Assembly (NCBI GenBank): GCA_965199495.1
Contig: CBDASK010000003.1
Coordinates: 3,008,001-3,072,000, forward strand
Length of the DNA stretch: 64,000 nt
Direction of reading: 5' to 3'
DNA from: Abditibacterium sp.
GTDB lineage: Bacteria > Armatimonadota > Abditibacteriia > Abditibacteriales > Abditibacteriaceae
The notes under the pieces were generated by a model that worked only from the letters and a program-made list of their open reading frames with translations, did not search any database and was not told where the DNA came from. Each line of letters starts with the position of its first letter. Positions within the stretch are counted from its first letter, which is position 1. A program made the position numbers and the translations under genes. Shown here piece after piece: positions 31,101 through 39,950 of this stretch.

Positions 31101-33296
31101 TTCACCGATAGCACGGGAACAACGTTATCGGGCGATCTTATCGAAGGCTATCAGCGTAACGCGACTACCGCGAGAATTGGTAGCGTAGGTAATTTCCGAG
31201 TGACTTTGCCCACGCCTGCTCGTCGCACGGTGACGGTGAACTACAAGATCACCGGTTCGGTGTCCGATAGCGATATCAACGATCTCACGACCGGCCCCGG
31301 CAGAACCGGCGACCGCACAGGTGCAGTCACCTTCTTTGCTGGCGACACGACGCGCAACATCGTGTTGCGCGCTGCGGCTGACAATGTGAGAGAAGATTTG
31401 GAAAGCCTGAGAGTGACGATTTCGATCAACGATGTCAATGGTGCCAACAGCTATACCGTTGATCCCAAGGCATCGTTCGCGACGACAAATATCGTGGATC
31501 GCACGCCTTCCATTGACTCCTTCGCCCCAGCCACTGGCTTCCCAGCTTATGGGAGCGTCGCGGCCTCGAAGGTGACGATCAATGGTCGTCTGTTGCGCAC
31601 TGATGGCAACCCGCGCGTGGCTGCCGTTATCTTCGGCGGAGGCGGCGAAGTTGGACTGGGCGGCATTCAATATACCTCGGATAACTCACTCGTTGTGAGC
31701 GTGCCCGACAATGCCAAGAGTGGGCCGATTACGCTGCGGTTGACGGACGGCACGACCACTCTCGCTTTCCCAAGCGTGGCCGGAAGTGCAACGGCTCCCA
31801 ACTTCATCGTGCAACCAGTGATTCAGAGCTTTACGCCCACTTCGGGCACGCGTGGCGCAGTGACGATTACCATTACGGGCCGCAACTTCAAGGATGGTTT
31901 GAATCCCGTCACTGGAGTCCAGTTCAGCAATGGTGTTGTCGTTTCCAACGTGACTCCGGTTAGCGACACACAAATTCAAGTGACGGCTCCCGCCGCCGCT
32001 GTGACTGGGCCGCTCAGCATCGTGACCACACGGGGCATCGGCCCGGCTTCGCAGACGAGCTTCACCGTGGTGAATGCTTCCGCGGGTAGCCTGCGATTCG
32101 GCGATAACCCGGATAACAATCCGATTCTCGAAGGATCAACGGGGACAATCTCGCAACCTGTGCGCAACTTCAATGGCGCTGGCGACACGACGTTCCACCG
32201 TTTGTATCAGGTGTTTGTCAATCCGGCGGTTCAGACGAGCGGCCCCAATGCCGGACAGCCGCTCACGCCGCAAACCCCGATTACGGTTCGCATCGCGATC
32301 TCGGCTAACGCCAACAGTGCGGCGGCTGGCGCGGCCACACCGCAAATCGCCGTGCGCGCTGACTTGATCGGTCGGGGAAGCGCAAACTTCCTGAAGTCCA
32401 GCACCAACGGAATTGTGGATGTCGATCTACCAGCATCGTTCAATCCCGCGTCGCCTTTGGAAGTCGCCATCACCGCTTCGGGCGTGGATGACATCTCTCC
32501 CGTTGAGGGACAGGCGGGCGCAACCGTGACGATTACGGCGACGATTGTCAAGACCGATTCGCCGGGCCTGTTCCCGATCACTCCGGCTGGACAAGTGCCT
32601 TCGGTTTCCGTCGAGCGTCGCGAAGTCGTCACGCCCGGCAATCAGACCGCCATCGTGTTCGCTGCGAATACCAACACCGATTTCTCGGTGCCTTATTCGA
32701 CCAACGGCACTGGCACTGTTTCTCAGACCGAGGTCTTCAATTCGGCGCCCGTCAGCACCAACGGTTTGACGCGCTTCTATCAGGTTTACCGCTTCAATGC
32801 GGCCAACCAGTTGAACAATCGCACCCTTGCCAATGACTTTACGCCCCTCGGCAACGACGAGCGTTTGCAACGTGGAGTTGGCTATCGGTTAGTTGTTGGT
32901 GACCGCGATGTGCGCCTCAATGCCAGAGGCACGAACCTGCAAGTCATTTCGGATCGTAGCTTCGCGCTCAACCTGACCCGCAATGTTCCTTTGGCAGCCA
33001 ATTCGTCGGCAATGGCGAACGCGACCAACGGTTACAACTACATCGGTTTCCCGTTCGATAATACCCAATTCGGCGGCGTGAACCTCAACAACTCGACGGT
33101 CACCGTAGATGGAGCCACGCGTTCCTTCAGCGATGCCGTCGCGGCTGGATTGATTAACTCGCAACTCTTCACAGTTAGCGCAGACGGCACTCTGACTGCG
33201 GTCGATGGTGCCCCGATCATCCGTCCGTTCAAGGCTTACTTTGTGCAGATTTACCGTAATAACCTTACGCTAACTTTGAACAACCCGACGCCGTAA
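28161..33296 (+). CDS. Large secreted Calx-beta/IPT-TIG repeat surface protein (start may be 28245)
   Basis: Signal peptide ending AHAQ; repeated TA..G.DY...G.VTF...I.I..D...E..E.F...L...I.DDD units; two IPT-like units (PSIDSFAP, PVIQSFTP). Confidence 0.88.
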   Translation: MAHSSLRMQTDASFGLPPATGSHASPPTMFRTQLSSALSRLLCFVAFALCFGGVAHAQTITITPPTLNERVEGNVQTFVLTTDRIVTQRLTVRVDSFEGTAFEAARPDGRPADYTGFHQDVTFEIGRQSVSVPIQTIADTRYEFDETFGIQVTNPRFNGVATSAVTFSGSNFSTTTIPNDDGPPTLTLRRPDAVIEGAATDPKKLVRVIVDIDVPAERPLQVAFDTSDNTTQPGSMDGTATAGQDYQEVKNNIVTIPANAQQYTYPPPAAPTDPPGSFSSDPNAQGVFILGDNVYEGDEAFTLTARYSPALVNTTPTSTIITITDDDLPSFTLTGGRTFEGGNIPFVITLNDITTGQPIAAKAPITFTYALDNGPNNQAEFGTDFTNTPGPDANKNTGTFVIPIGNTNATINIPTLTDTIAEPTEQFSFRIVSVTGARLSPNSSATGTIDNVNGNPVISISNASVVEGTGGVTNLVFTVNLSNSSTQQITAQYETVDDNSVPAAQRATSGVDYAAQRGTVTFPAVTGAAGAANTTQSISIPITTDNINEQNENFRIRLFNPAGGFASFSNNVPEVFATGTIIDDDSAGTVSVAKTEVSVLENVQGGMVNVLVNFVPNGTPARPVTVDFTTLPGTAVQAGQRDYFGKTGRVTFQPQAGNSSVAIPIEIINDDIREGDETFTVRLTAVDGATLDPDNSDTVVTIVDDDPLPVVSVFPASPIREDGGIKNFVVAIKGKSQAPVTVNYAFGDIKDTATPNLDYEAVDALNPLSGSKTFTLGGPVSYFVPVRILQDNIAEGNETLTLTLSKDQNDLSFSLDPKATQSVVTIVDDDPTPELTISDAQVLEGSTGDINSGNVLTFNVSLSRPSSRPSSFTYSTLNLRQANCKPSNGCDVASDDDYASVRNVVVTIPAGQTTATITVRVAPDTGNEYNEQFAVVARSLNNTVPSVTAATSSSEQRFGTVAFGTIVNDDPGGAITLSGPFTDSTGTTLSGDLIEGYQRNATTARIGSVGNFRVTLPTPARRTVTVNYKITGSVSDSDINDLTTGPGRTGDRTGAVTFFAGDTTRNIVLRAAADNVREDLESLRVTISINDVNGANSYTVDPKASFATTNIVDRTPSIDSFAPATGFPAYGSVAASKVTINGRLLRTDGNPRVAAVIFGGGGEVGLGGIQYTSDNSLVVSVPDNAKSGPITLRLTDGTTTLAFPSVAGSATAPNFIVQPVIQSFTPTSGTRGAVTITITGRNFKDGLNPVTGVQFSNGVVVSNVTPVSDTQIQVTAPAAAVTGPLSIVTTRGIGPASQTSFTVVNASAGSLRFGDNPDNNPILEGSTGTISQPVRNFNGAGDTTFHRLYQVFVNPAVQTSGPNAGQPLTPQTPITVRIAISANANSAAAGAATPQIAVRADLIGRGSANFLKSSTNGIVDVDLPASFNPASPLEVAITASGVDDISPVEGQAGATVTITATIVKTDSPGLFPITPAGQVPSVSVERREVVTPGNQTAIVFAANTNTDFSVPYSTNGTGTVSQTEVFNSAPVSTNGLTRFYQVYRFNAANQLNNRTLANDFTPLGNDERLQRGVGYRLVVGDRDVRLNARGTNLQVISDRSFALNLTRNVPLAANSSAMANATNGYNYIGFPFDNTQFGGVNLNNSTVTVDGATRSFSDAVAAGLINSQLFTVSADGTLTAVDGAPIIRPFKAYFVQIYRNNLTLTLNNPTP

Positions 33297-33309
33297 GATG
33301 CAGTGAAAC

Positions 33310-33347
33310 CAGAAAGGCGGGGCAACAGTTGTTGCCCCGCCTTTCTG
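33310..33347 (+). terminator. Intrinsic terminator
   Basis: CAGAAAGGCGGGGCAAC-AGTT-GTTGCCCCGCCTTTCTG. Confidence 0.8.
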
Positions 33348-33579
33348 TCGTCTGGCCCGCAGGTTAGTCGGGTAATGCACGCTCACAAATATAGCTCTTG
33401 CCACTGCGGATGCCACTGCGAATGCTACTTCTATCAATCTTCGTGCGAAGGAAAATATCGGTTGGAAAAGGGCGCAATCCACGACCGTATAACCTCTGCA
33501 TTATGAAGCGCTATTATATGCAAATCTCCCAAATTGACTAAACGTTGCTCCCAACCCAGTCCGTCCTAAACTAAACCCG

Positions 33580-34131
33580 ATGAAACCTTCCGCAATCTTC
33601 TTCGCTGGCATGGCGCGCGCCGTGGCTCTGCTGGGCATCGGCATCTGGGTTGGCGGCATGACGTTCTTTGGCGCTGTGACCGCGCCGCTGATGTTTCGCG
33701 CCGCGCGTGCCAGTGCCGCGCCCGAACTGGCGCCGATTTTAGTCGGTCAAATGCTGGGGCGCTTCACTTACGTCACATATATCTGCGGCGCACTGATGCT
33801 GTTAGGCTGGCTCATTGATGGCCTAATTATGCGCGACCATCGCTGGCTCTGGCAAATACAGGGTTTATTCACCATCGTTTGCGTTGGGTTGGCCATTTTT
33901 CTGGGCACCGCGATTTTGCCGCGCACCATCGCGCAACAGGGCGCCATCGTGCCGTTATTTGTGAAGGACGCGCGTCATCAATCGCTCACGCCCGCCGAGA
34001 AAGCGCGGCGCGCGGCCTTCGATGTCGGCCACGAAGATTACCAAAAATTAGGCGCTGCCAACGTCTATATTTTGATCGGTTTATTGTGTATCATCGTCGC
34101 GCGCACGCGCGTCGTCGAAACCAAACGCTAA
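33580..34131 (+). CDS. DUF4149-like membrane protein
   Basis: IWVGGMTFFGAVTAPLMF; four TM segments; F..GH near the C-terminus. Confidence 0.75.
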   Translation: MKPSAIFFAGMARAVALLGIGIWVGGMTFFGAVTAPLMFRAARASAAPELAPILVGQMLGRFTYVTYICGALMLLGWLIDGLIMRDHRWLWQIQGLFTIVCVGLAIFLGTAILPRTIAQQGAIVPLFVKDARHQSLTPAEKARRAAFDVGHEDYQKLGAANVYILIGLLCIIVARTRVVETKR

Positions 34132-34251
34132 ATTTGTTGGCTTCCGGCGCGAGATATTTGCGGCTGCTAATCAAGTAAACGCGACGGTCAGACGTTAATT
34201 TTGTTGGCCTCCCACCTTTATGCCCGCGCCTTTATCTTCTATCCTTTCTCA

Positions 34252-34869
34252 ATGGCTTCTTATTCCGACCCTTCCTCGTCCGCCTCGCCTTCGTGGGTGA
34301 GCGGGCCTCGCGCCGAAATTGCCGATGAACGTTGGTCAGGCGTGCAATTGCTTGCGTGCGATGTGGACGGGGTTTTGACCGATGGTAGTCTGGCGTTCGA
34401 TGAAGAGGGCCGTTTGATTCAAACCTTTTATGTGCGCGACGGTTTCGGTCTGGTTGCGGCGCGGCGCGCGGGCATCAAGGTCGCCTGGGTTTCGGGACGC
34501 CCATCCAAAGTCGCGCAAAAACGTTTTGATGAATTGGGCCTCGATCATTGCTTGTTGGGATGCGACGACAAAGCGCGAGCGTTGCGCGAATTACAGGCAG
34601 AACTGGGCATTGAACCCGCCGCTTGCTGCTTCATCGGCGACGATATTCCCGACCTTTCGGCCTTCGCGGTGTGCGGCCTCAATGTCGCCGTGGCTGATGC
34701 CGAGCCGGTTGTCGTAGCGCGCGCCGATTACATCACACGCGCGCGCGGCGGGCGCGGCGCGGTGCGCGAAATCATTGACCTGATGTTGACTTCGCGCGGC
34801 TACTTCGACATGATGGTAGATATGTTCGAGCGCCCCGATTCGCCCGACCCGGACAACTTGCAACGATAA
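34252..34869 (+). CDS. kdsC: KdsC-family HAD phosphatase (KDO 8-phosphate phosphatase)
   Basis: DVDGVLTDG, F.VRDG.G, IGDDIPD, GGRGAVRE. Confidence 0.9.
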   Translation: MASYSDPSSSASPSWVSGPRAEIADERWSGVQLLACDVDGVLTDGSLAFDEEGRLIQTFYVRDGFGLVAARRAGIKVAWVSGRPSKVAQKRFDELGLDHCLLGCDDKARALRELQAELGIEPAACCFIGDDIPDLSAFAVCGLNVAVADAEPVVVARADYITRARGGRGAVREIIDLMLTSRGYFDMMVDMFERPDSPDPDNLQR

Positions 34870-34879
34870 AAAGCCCAAA

Positions 34880-34981
34880 ATGAAAAACGAATTTTCGCCG
34901 CTCGATGTCGCGCTCTCGCTGTGGCTGTTGGTCATGTTCGGGATTTTCTTCGGCTTCTCCGGGCCATTGCTGAATTTGTGA
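34880..34981 (+). CDS. Small single-pass membrane protein (33 aa)
   Basis: MKNEFSPLDVALSLWLLVMFGIFFGFSGPLLNL; starts 10 nt after the kdsC stop; host-like codons. Confidence 0.5.
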   Translation: MKNEFSPLDVALSLWLLVMFGIFFGFSGPLLNL

Positions 34982-35034
34982 TTTTGGTTTGAATTATTCC
35001 GCGAAATCCATCCCAATTCTAAAACCTCTGCCCG

Positions 35035-36978
35035 ATGCCCTATCTCGCCGACGCATTCCTATTCACATTCTTTGCTCTCGCGTTGCTCTCGCTGGGATTG
35101 GGGGCTTTTACGCCACAATGGTCGCTACTCGAATCGCTGATTTTGCCCGCGCTCGCCACGCTGGGCGCGCTGGGGTTGGCCATCTGGATCGTCGGCTCGC
35201 TGGGCGTTTTTCGCGGCGCTCTCTGGGCGGTAATTTTCGTCGTCGGCTGGCTCATCTGGATGATCTGGCGCCGCGATTTAGTTCGTCAAAACGCGCGACG
35301 CATTTTACCGGCGCTGCTCACTTTAAGCGCGACCGAAAAACTGTTGGCGCTTTATCTATTGGCGACGTGGGCGCTGATTTTTGTCTTATCTCTGGCACCG
35401 CCGGAGGGCGCCGATTACGATAGTCTGGTCTATCATCTGGCCGTCCCCGCGCAATACAGCCACGCCGGGCGCATCGAGCAGTTGGCGTTCGATCATCACT
35501 CGTATTTTCCGTTCACGATGGAGATGCTTTACGGCGTCGCGCTACAATTGCGCGGGCCGGTTTTCGCCAAATTATTCCACTGGCTGATGCTGCCGTTGGG
35601 CGCTCTAACTCTCGTTGCATTCGGCCAACGCGCCCAATCGCGCGTCGGCGGATTGTTGGCGGCGTGCCTCTTTACTTCGTTGCCGATGACGCTCACCGAA
35701 GCCTCGACGGCCTATGTAGACCTCGCGTTTGTCGCGTTTTCTGTCGCCGCCGTTTTGTGTTTCGCGGGCGCGCCGACGACCAATCGCACGCACAATCTGT
35801 TGTGGAGCGGCGCGTTTTGCGGGTTCTGTCTGGGCACCAAATATTTCGGTTGGCTCATCTTCGGTTTTCTGGGAGTTTGGCTGCTCGCCGAAACACTCAA
35901 AACTAAACCGCCAGACGGCGCGCGCGGCGTTTGGTTATTCGGCTTGAGCGCGCTCGCCATTGGCGGCGGATGGTATGCGCGCAACTGGATTTGGACGGGC
36001 AATCCGGTTTATCCGTTCGCCTATGGCCTTTTCGGTGGGCGCGGCTGGACGGCGCAAATGGCGACGCTTTACGATCAATCGCAAGCGATTTACGGTTTTG
36101 GCCGCTCGCCATTTGATTTGATTGCGCTGCCGTTTCGCCTCGCCATGACGCCAGTCAACGTCGGCGGTTTTGAAGGTCTGGGCGTGCGCGGTCAACCGCT
36201 GTGGCCTTTAATCCCCGGCCCGGTCGGCACCGCCGATCCGAATTCGCTCACCGGGATTTTTGAAGTGCCCGGCCTGTTTTTAGTCACGTTCCCTGGCCCG
36301 GCGATTTTCGCGTTCGGCTGGCCCGCGCTTCTGGGCCGCGATAAACCGCGCCCGATTTTAATCGCGGCGTCGCTGTTTATTTTTCTGTGGATATTCTGGG
36401 CGCTGACCAGCCAACAGGTGCGCTATCTGTTTCCGGCGTTGGCGCTGTTGGCGGTCGTAGCCGGGTGGGGCATGGCGAAATGGGCGCCCCAATTAACGCT
36501 CGCTCGCTGGATTGGCGCCGCCGCTCTGGCGGCGTGGCTGCTGCTGGCGCCGCTGTTTATCGCGCGCAATGCGAGCGGAATATCGCGCGTTATCAGTGGC
36601 GCGCAAACGCCCGATGATTATCTGACGCGCAGCTTCGCGGGTTACAGCGCGATGCAATGGATCAACCTCAACACGCCCAAAACCGCGCGAGTTGCGGTTT
36701 ACGGCGAGCCGCGCGATTTCTATTTGAACCGCTCTTACTTTTGGGCCGACGACGCGCACAACCAACTAATTGATTATCCGAACATTTCGACTGGAGCGCA
36801 GTTGGCCGCCGCGCTCAAAGCGCAGGGCGCGACCATCGTTTTGGCGAACTTCGCTGCCGCGCGCAACGGCGGCGCCTTTGGCCCGCCCCAACCTTTGTTC
36901 GACGCGATGGTGAGTTCGGACGATGCCACTCTGATTTTCGATAACGAACGCGGTTATCGCGTTTACCAGTTGAAGTAA
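35035..36978 (+). CDS. GT-C-fold (ArnT/PMT-like) membrane glycosyltransferase
   Basis: PP..DYDSLVYHL, YVDLA, GTKYFG, WYARNWIWTGNPVYP, QVRYLFP; more than 10 TM segments. Confidence 0.82.
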   Translation: MPYLADAFLFTFFALALLSLGLGAFTPQWSLLESLILPALATLGALGLAIWIVGSLGVFRGALWAVIFVVGWLIWMIWRRDLVRQNARRILPALLTLSATEKLLALYLLATWALIFVLSLAPPEGADYDSLVYHLAVPAQYSHAGRIEQLAFDHHSYFPFTMEMLYGVALQLRGPVFAKLFHWLMLPLGALTLVAFGQRAQSRVGGLLAACLFTSLPMTLTEASTAYVDLAFVAFSVAAVLCFAGAPTTNRTHNLLWSGAFCGFCLGTKYFGWLIFGFLGVWLLAETLKTKPPDGARGVWLFGLSALAIGGGWYARNWIWTGNPVYPFAYGLFGGRGWTAQMATLYDQSQAIYGFGRSPFDLIALPFRLAMTPVNVGGFEGLGVRGQPLWPLIPGPVGTADPNSLTGIFEVPGLFLVTFPGPAIFAFGWPALLGRDKPRPILIAASLFIFLWIFWALTSQQVRYLFPALALLAVVAGWGMAKWAPQLTLARWIGAAALAAWLLLAPLFIARNASGISRVISGAQTPDDYLTRSFAGYSAMQWINLNTPKTARVAVYGEPRDFYLNRSYFWADDAHNQLIDYPNISTGAQLAAALKAQGATIVLANFAAARNGGAFGPPQPLFDAMVSSDDATLIFDNERGYRVYQLK

Positions 36979-36993
36979 AATTTCTTCGCGCCC

Positions 36994-37088
36994 GTAGAGA
37001 CGCCGATTTATCGCGTCTAAAATGGTTTGCTCGTCTTATACGTAAACGCAAGTTTGACATTTTAGACGCGATAAATCGGCGTCTCTAC
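36994..37088. repeat. REP-like doublet, family A
   Basis: GTAGAGACGCCGATTTATCGCGTCTAAAATG ... CATTTTAGACGCGATAAATCGGCGTCTCTAC. Confidence 0.88.
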
Positions 37089-37101
37089 AAAAGAAAATTC
37101 C

Positions 37102-38379
37102 ATGTTTCGCCACCCGCTTTTTCTCTTGCTGCTGATATTTCTCGCGCTGGGCGCCGCGCTCATCGCGCGCGTGCCGCTCGACAAATCGCCCGACGAAGCG
37201 GCGCACTGGCAATACATCGAATACCTTGCGGCCAATCATGCGCTGCCGGTTTTTCGCGGCGAAGTGCCGCCCGCGCCCGGCTACGAATTTCACCAACCGC
37301 CGCTTTATTATGCTTTGGCCGCGCCCGGTTGGGCGATTTTACCGGCGGGCGCGCAAAATTATTGGGCGCGTCTGGTTTCGCTATTGTGCGGCGCCGCGAC
37401 TCTGATTTTCATCTGGAAAAGCGCGCGTTTGTTGTTTGCCGATGACCGCACTATCGCGATATTAGCGACGGCTTTTGCCGCGTTGTGGCCGTTGCATTTG
37501 GCCGTAAGTTCCGGCGCCAACAACGACGCTCTGGCCGGATTGTGGTCGGCGGCGCTATTTTGGTGCGGCACGCGCGTTACAATGCGCGGCTCCAATTTGC
37601 GCGACGCCGCGCTGATGGGCGCTTTAATCGGTTTGGGCGCTTTGACCAAAAACACGGTTTTGGTGGTCGGGTTTGTCGCTTTGGTGGCGCTTTGGGTGGC
37701 GCCATCCTCCGAAAAATCGCCTTCGCGTGCGATTCAATTGTTGGTCGCGCTGGCAACGATGACGATTATCGCCGGGCCTTGGTGGGCGCGCAACATCTTC
37801 GTCTATGGCGACCCTTTAGCGTTTCGCGCATTTTCGGAGGCCGCGACTAAAGGCACGCCAGGGCTGGCTCAATTGCCTTTCGATATGTTCACTTATCTGG
37901 TCTACTGGCGTGGCATGGCGTGGCTTTTGTTGATGACGGCGTGGGGATTTTTCGGCGGTGTCAACACCGCCTTGGACAAGACCTCCGCCTTTTCGCCCGA
38001 TGGCCCCGTCATGCGGCAGTTATGGCTTTTACCGTTCGTTGCAGTCTTCGCGTTGGCGCCGTTGGCCGCGCTCGTGGGTTGGCGCAAATTGCGCGGCGAA
38101 GCCGAATGGACGCCCGCGCAAAAACTTGTGCTTCGTTTTTGGAGCATCGGTTTTGTGCTCGTTTTTCTGGCGTGGTTGCAATTCGTTTACGGACATTTTT
38201 CGGGAGGCCAAGCGCGCTATCTGCACGCCGCACTGCTGCCGATGTCCGTTCTGCTCGCCGCCGGATGGCGCGGATTGTGGAGCCAAAATCGCGCGCTAAA
38301 CATCGCTTCCTGTGCGCTGGCGGCGCTGCTGCTGACGATGACGTTGCTCAATTTACTCGTATGGAAAACTCTGGTTTAA
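37102..38379 (+). CDS. GT-C-fold membrane glycosyltransferase
   Basis: PDEAAH, YEFHQPPLYY, NND, LTK, WWARN..YGDP, QARYL. Confidence 0.82.
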   Translation: MFRHPLFLLLLIFLALGAALIARVPLDKSPDEAAHWQYIEYLAANHALPVFRGEVPPAPGYEFHQPPLYYALAAPGWAILPAGAQNYWARLVSLLCGAATLIFIWKSARLLFADDRTIAILATAFAALWPLHLAVSSGANNDALAGLWSAALFWCGTRVTMRGSNLRDAALMGALIGLGALTKNTVLVVGFVALVALWVAPSSEKSPSRAIQLLVALATMTIIAGPWWARNIFVYGDPLAFRAFSEAATKGTPGLAQLPFDMFTYLVYWRGMAWLLLMTAWGFFGGVNTALDKTSAFSPDGPVMRQLWLLPFVAVFALAPLAALVGWRKLRGEAEWTPAQKLVLRFWSIGFVLVFLAWLQFVYGHFSGGQARYLHAALLPMSVLLAAGWRGLWSQNRALNIASCALAALLLTMTLLNLLVWKTLV

Positions 38380-39101
38380 CGATTTTACAAAAGCGTGCGG
38401 CGCTGGCCTTCACACTCATTCTCGCAATCCCAATTCAAGCCGCGCCCGCGACAAATCCCGCCAAACTCTTCGAGCGCGCCGCCACAATTTACGGCGACGC
38501 CCAATCATTGTCGCTCGATTATCGTATCACGTCCGATAACCAAGCCGCGATTCCACTTAATGAACGCGGCCAAATTCTGTGGAGCAAACCCAAACTCTAC
38601 GCGCAGAGCTGGACGTATTCCGGCGGACGCGGCCACGTCGCCGCCGATGATGAACAGATTTACTCGACCGACGTTGACGGCAAATCCGCGCGCCAGAATT
38701 GGAGCGGCGATTTCGGTTTCTGGACGAGCTTGCCGTGGCCGATTCCAGGCAATTTAGAATTTTTATTGCGCGGCCAAAAAATCTCGATGCGCGGCGCCGT
38801 TACACGCCCGCTCGCGCCGCAAAAACTCGAAGGCATTTTGTGCGATGGCGCCACGCTCGATTTGCGCCGCGTCAACGGCGACACGATTCGCTTCTGGTTC
38901 GCGCGAAAAACCGGATTATTAATGCGAGAAAGTTGGGCGGTGTGGCTGCCCGATTCGACGCAAATCGTGCAAGTGCAAACGCGCTATTTTAATATCCGGC
39001 TCAATCCGAAATTAGAACGCCGCGATTTCGTGCGCGCGGAAGAGGAAACGGCGCTGTTACTTGAGCAACCACTTTCCCAAAACGACGGAGCCGCTAATTA
39101 A
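38361..39101 (+). CDS. Exported LolA-like protein
   Basis: Signal peptide; SLSLDY...WSKPK...; RFWFARKTGLL...YFNIRLNP..F is a LolA-like pattern. The ATG at 38361 lies inside the longer ORF 37920-39101. Confidence 0.6.
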   Translation: MENSGLTILQKRAALAFTLILAIPIQAAPATNPAKLFERAATIYGDAQSLSLDYRITSDNQAAIPLNERGQILWSKPKLYAQSWTYSGGRGHVAADDEQIYSTDVDGKSARQNWSGDFGFWTSLPWPIPGNLEFLLRGQKISMRGAVTRPLAPQKLEGILCDGATLDLRRVNGDTIRFWFARKTGLLMRESWAVWLPDSTQIVQVQTRYFNIRLNPKLERRDFVRAEEETALLLEQPLSQNDGAAN

Positions 39102-39917
39102 GGCGGCGCACGAGAGCAAAGCGAGGGGCAAACCGAAAAACTGTAATCCGACCGAAATCATGCCGATGCAACCCAGCACGTTTCCCAAAACTAAACCGAC
39201 GATTGGGCTGAGGCGATAGGTTTGCTCGGCGGCGATGGGACTTTGTTTGAACCGCGCGCTGAACTGCCAGGGACGGTCGGCGCGCTCGCGCTTATAAAGC
39301 CAAAAGTAAAGCGACGAGCAGAGCATTATGAAGACGAAAATCCCTCGTGTTCGCCATGTTCCGCCCCAATCATAATTTCCGCTAATATCCACGAGGCAAT
39401 TCGCTCCCAGCAGGTAAGAAGAAAATAAACCAACAATCATTGAAGGTTTCAATCCTCCGCTTTTTCGAGCATCGGATACGATTCCAAAGAAAGGACAACC
39501 AAAATAAATCGCCGCGAGAACTGGAATTTGCCAACCCGTGTTATTCTTTGGCGAGACGGCCAGCGTCGCGAACGCATAAACCACAACGCAAGCTACAACT
39601 GGCAACACAAATATCCACCATTTGCGTTTTAGCGAAAGCGGCACGCCTTCGCTTTCCAACTGTGCCGAATCCGCCCACTGCCGACGCAATTCGCGCCCGA
39701 CTTTTTCGGGTTCGCCAAACTCCGCCGCCGTTTGCAGCCACACCGCCTCTGCATCCAAACCGTCGGCGCGTTTGGCTTCGACCATCGCGTGCAAATGCGC
39801 GCGCACTTCGTCCATGAACTCGGCGCGGCGCACGGCGGGCACGTCGCGCAGAGACTTTTCCAGCGCGGCGAAGTAAATCTCCTGCTCGCACTTTAAATTC
39901 GATTCTTTGTCAATCAT
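39057..39917 (-). CDS. HAAS/permease-prefix-domain membrane protein, paralogue 2
   Basis: Y...LE..LRDVP..RRAEFMDEVRAHL...EFGEPEKVG, followed by TM segments. Confidence 0.78.
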   Translation of the reverse strand: MIDKESNLKCEQEIYFAALEKSLRDVPAVRRAEFMDEVRAHLHAMVEAKRADGLDAEAVWLQTAAEFGEPEKVGRELRRQWADSAQLESEGVPLSLKRKWWIFVLPVVACVVVYAFATLAVSPKNNTGWQIPVLAAIYFGCPFFGIVSDARKSGGLKPSMIVGLFSSYLLGANCLVDISGNYDWGGTWRTRGIFVFIMLCSSLYFWLYKRERADRPWQFSARFKQSPIAAEQTYRLSPIVGLVLGNVLGCIGMISVGLQFFGLPLALLSCAALISGSVVLGKWLLK

Positions 39918-39950
39918 ATCGCGTCTCCTTTGGCGTTTGAACCAAACAAT

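Noticed and set aside
37920..38360. N-terminal extension of the 393-aa ORF
   Set aside because: It overlaps the GT-C gene out of frame; the signal peptide begins after ATG 38361
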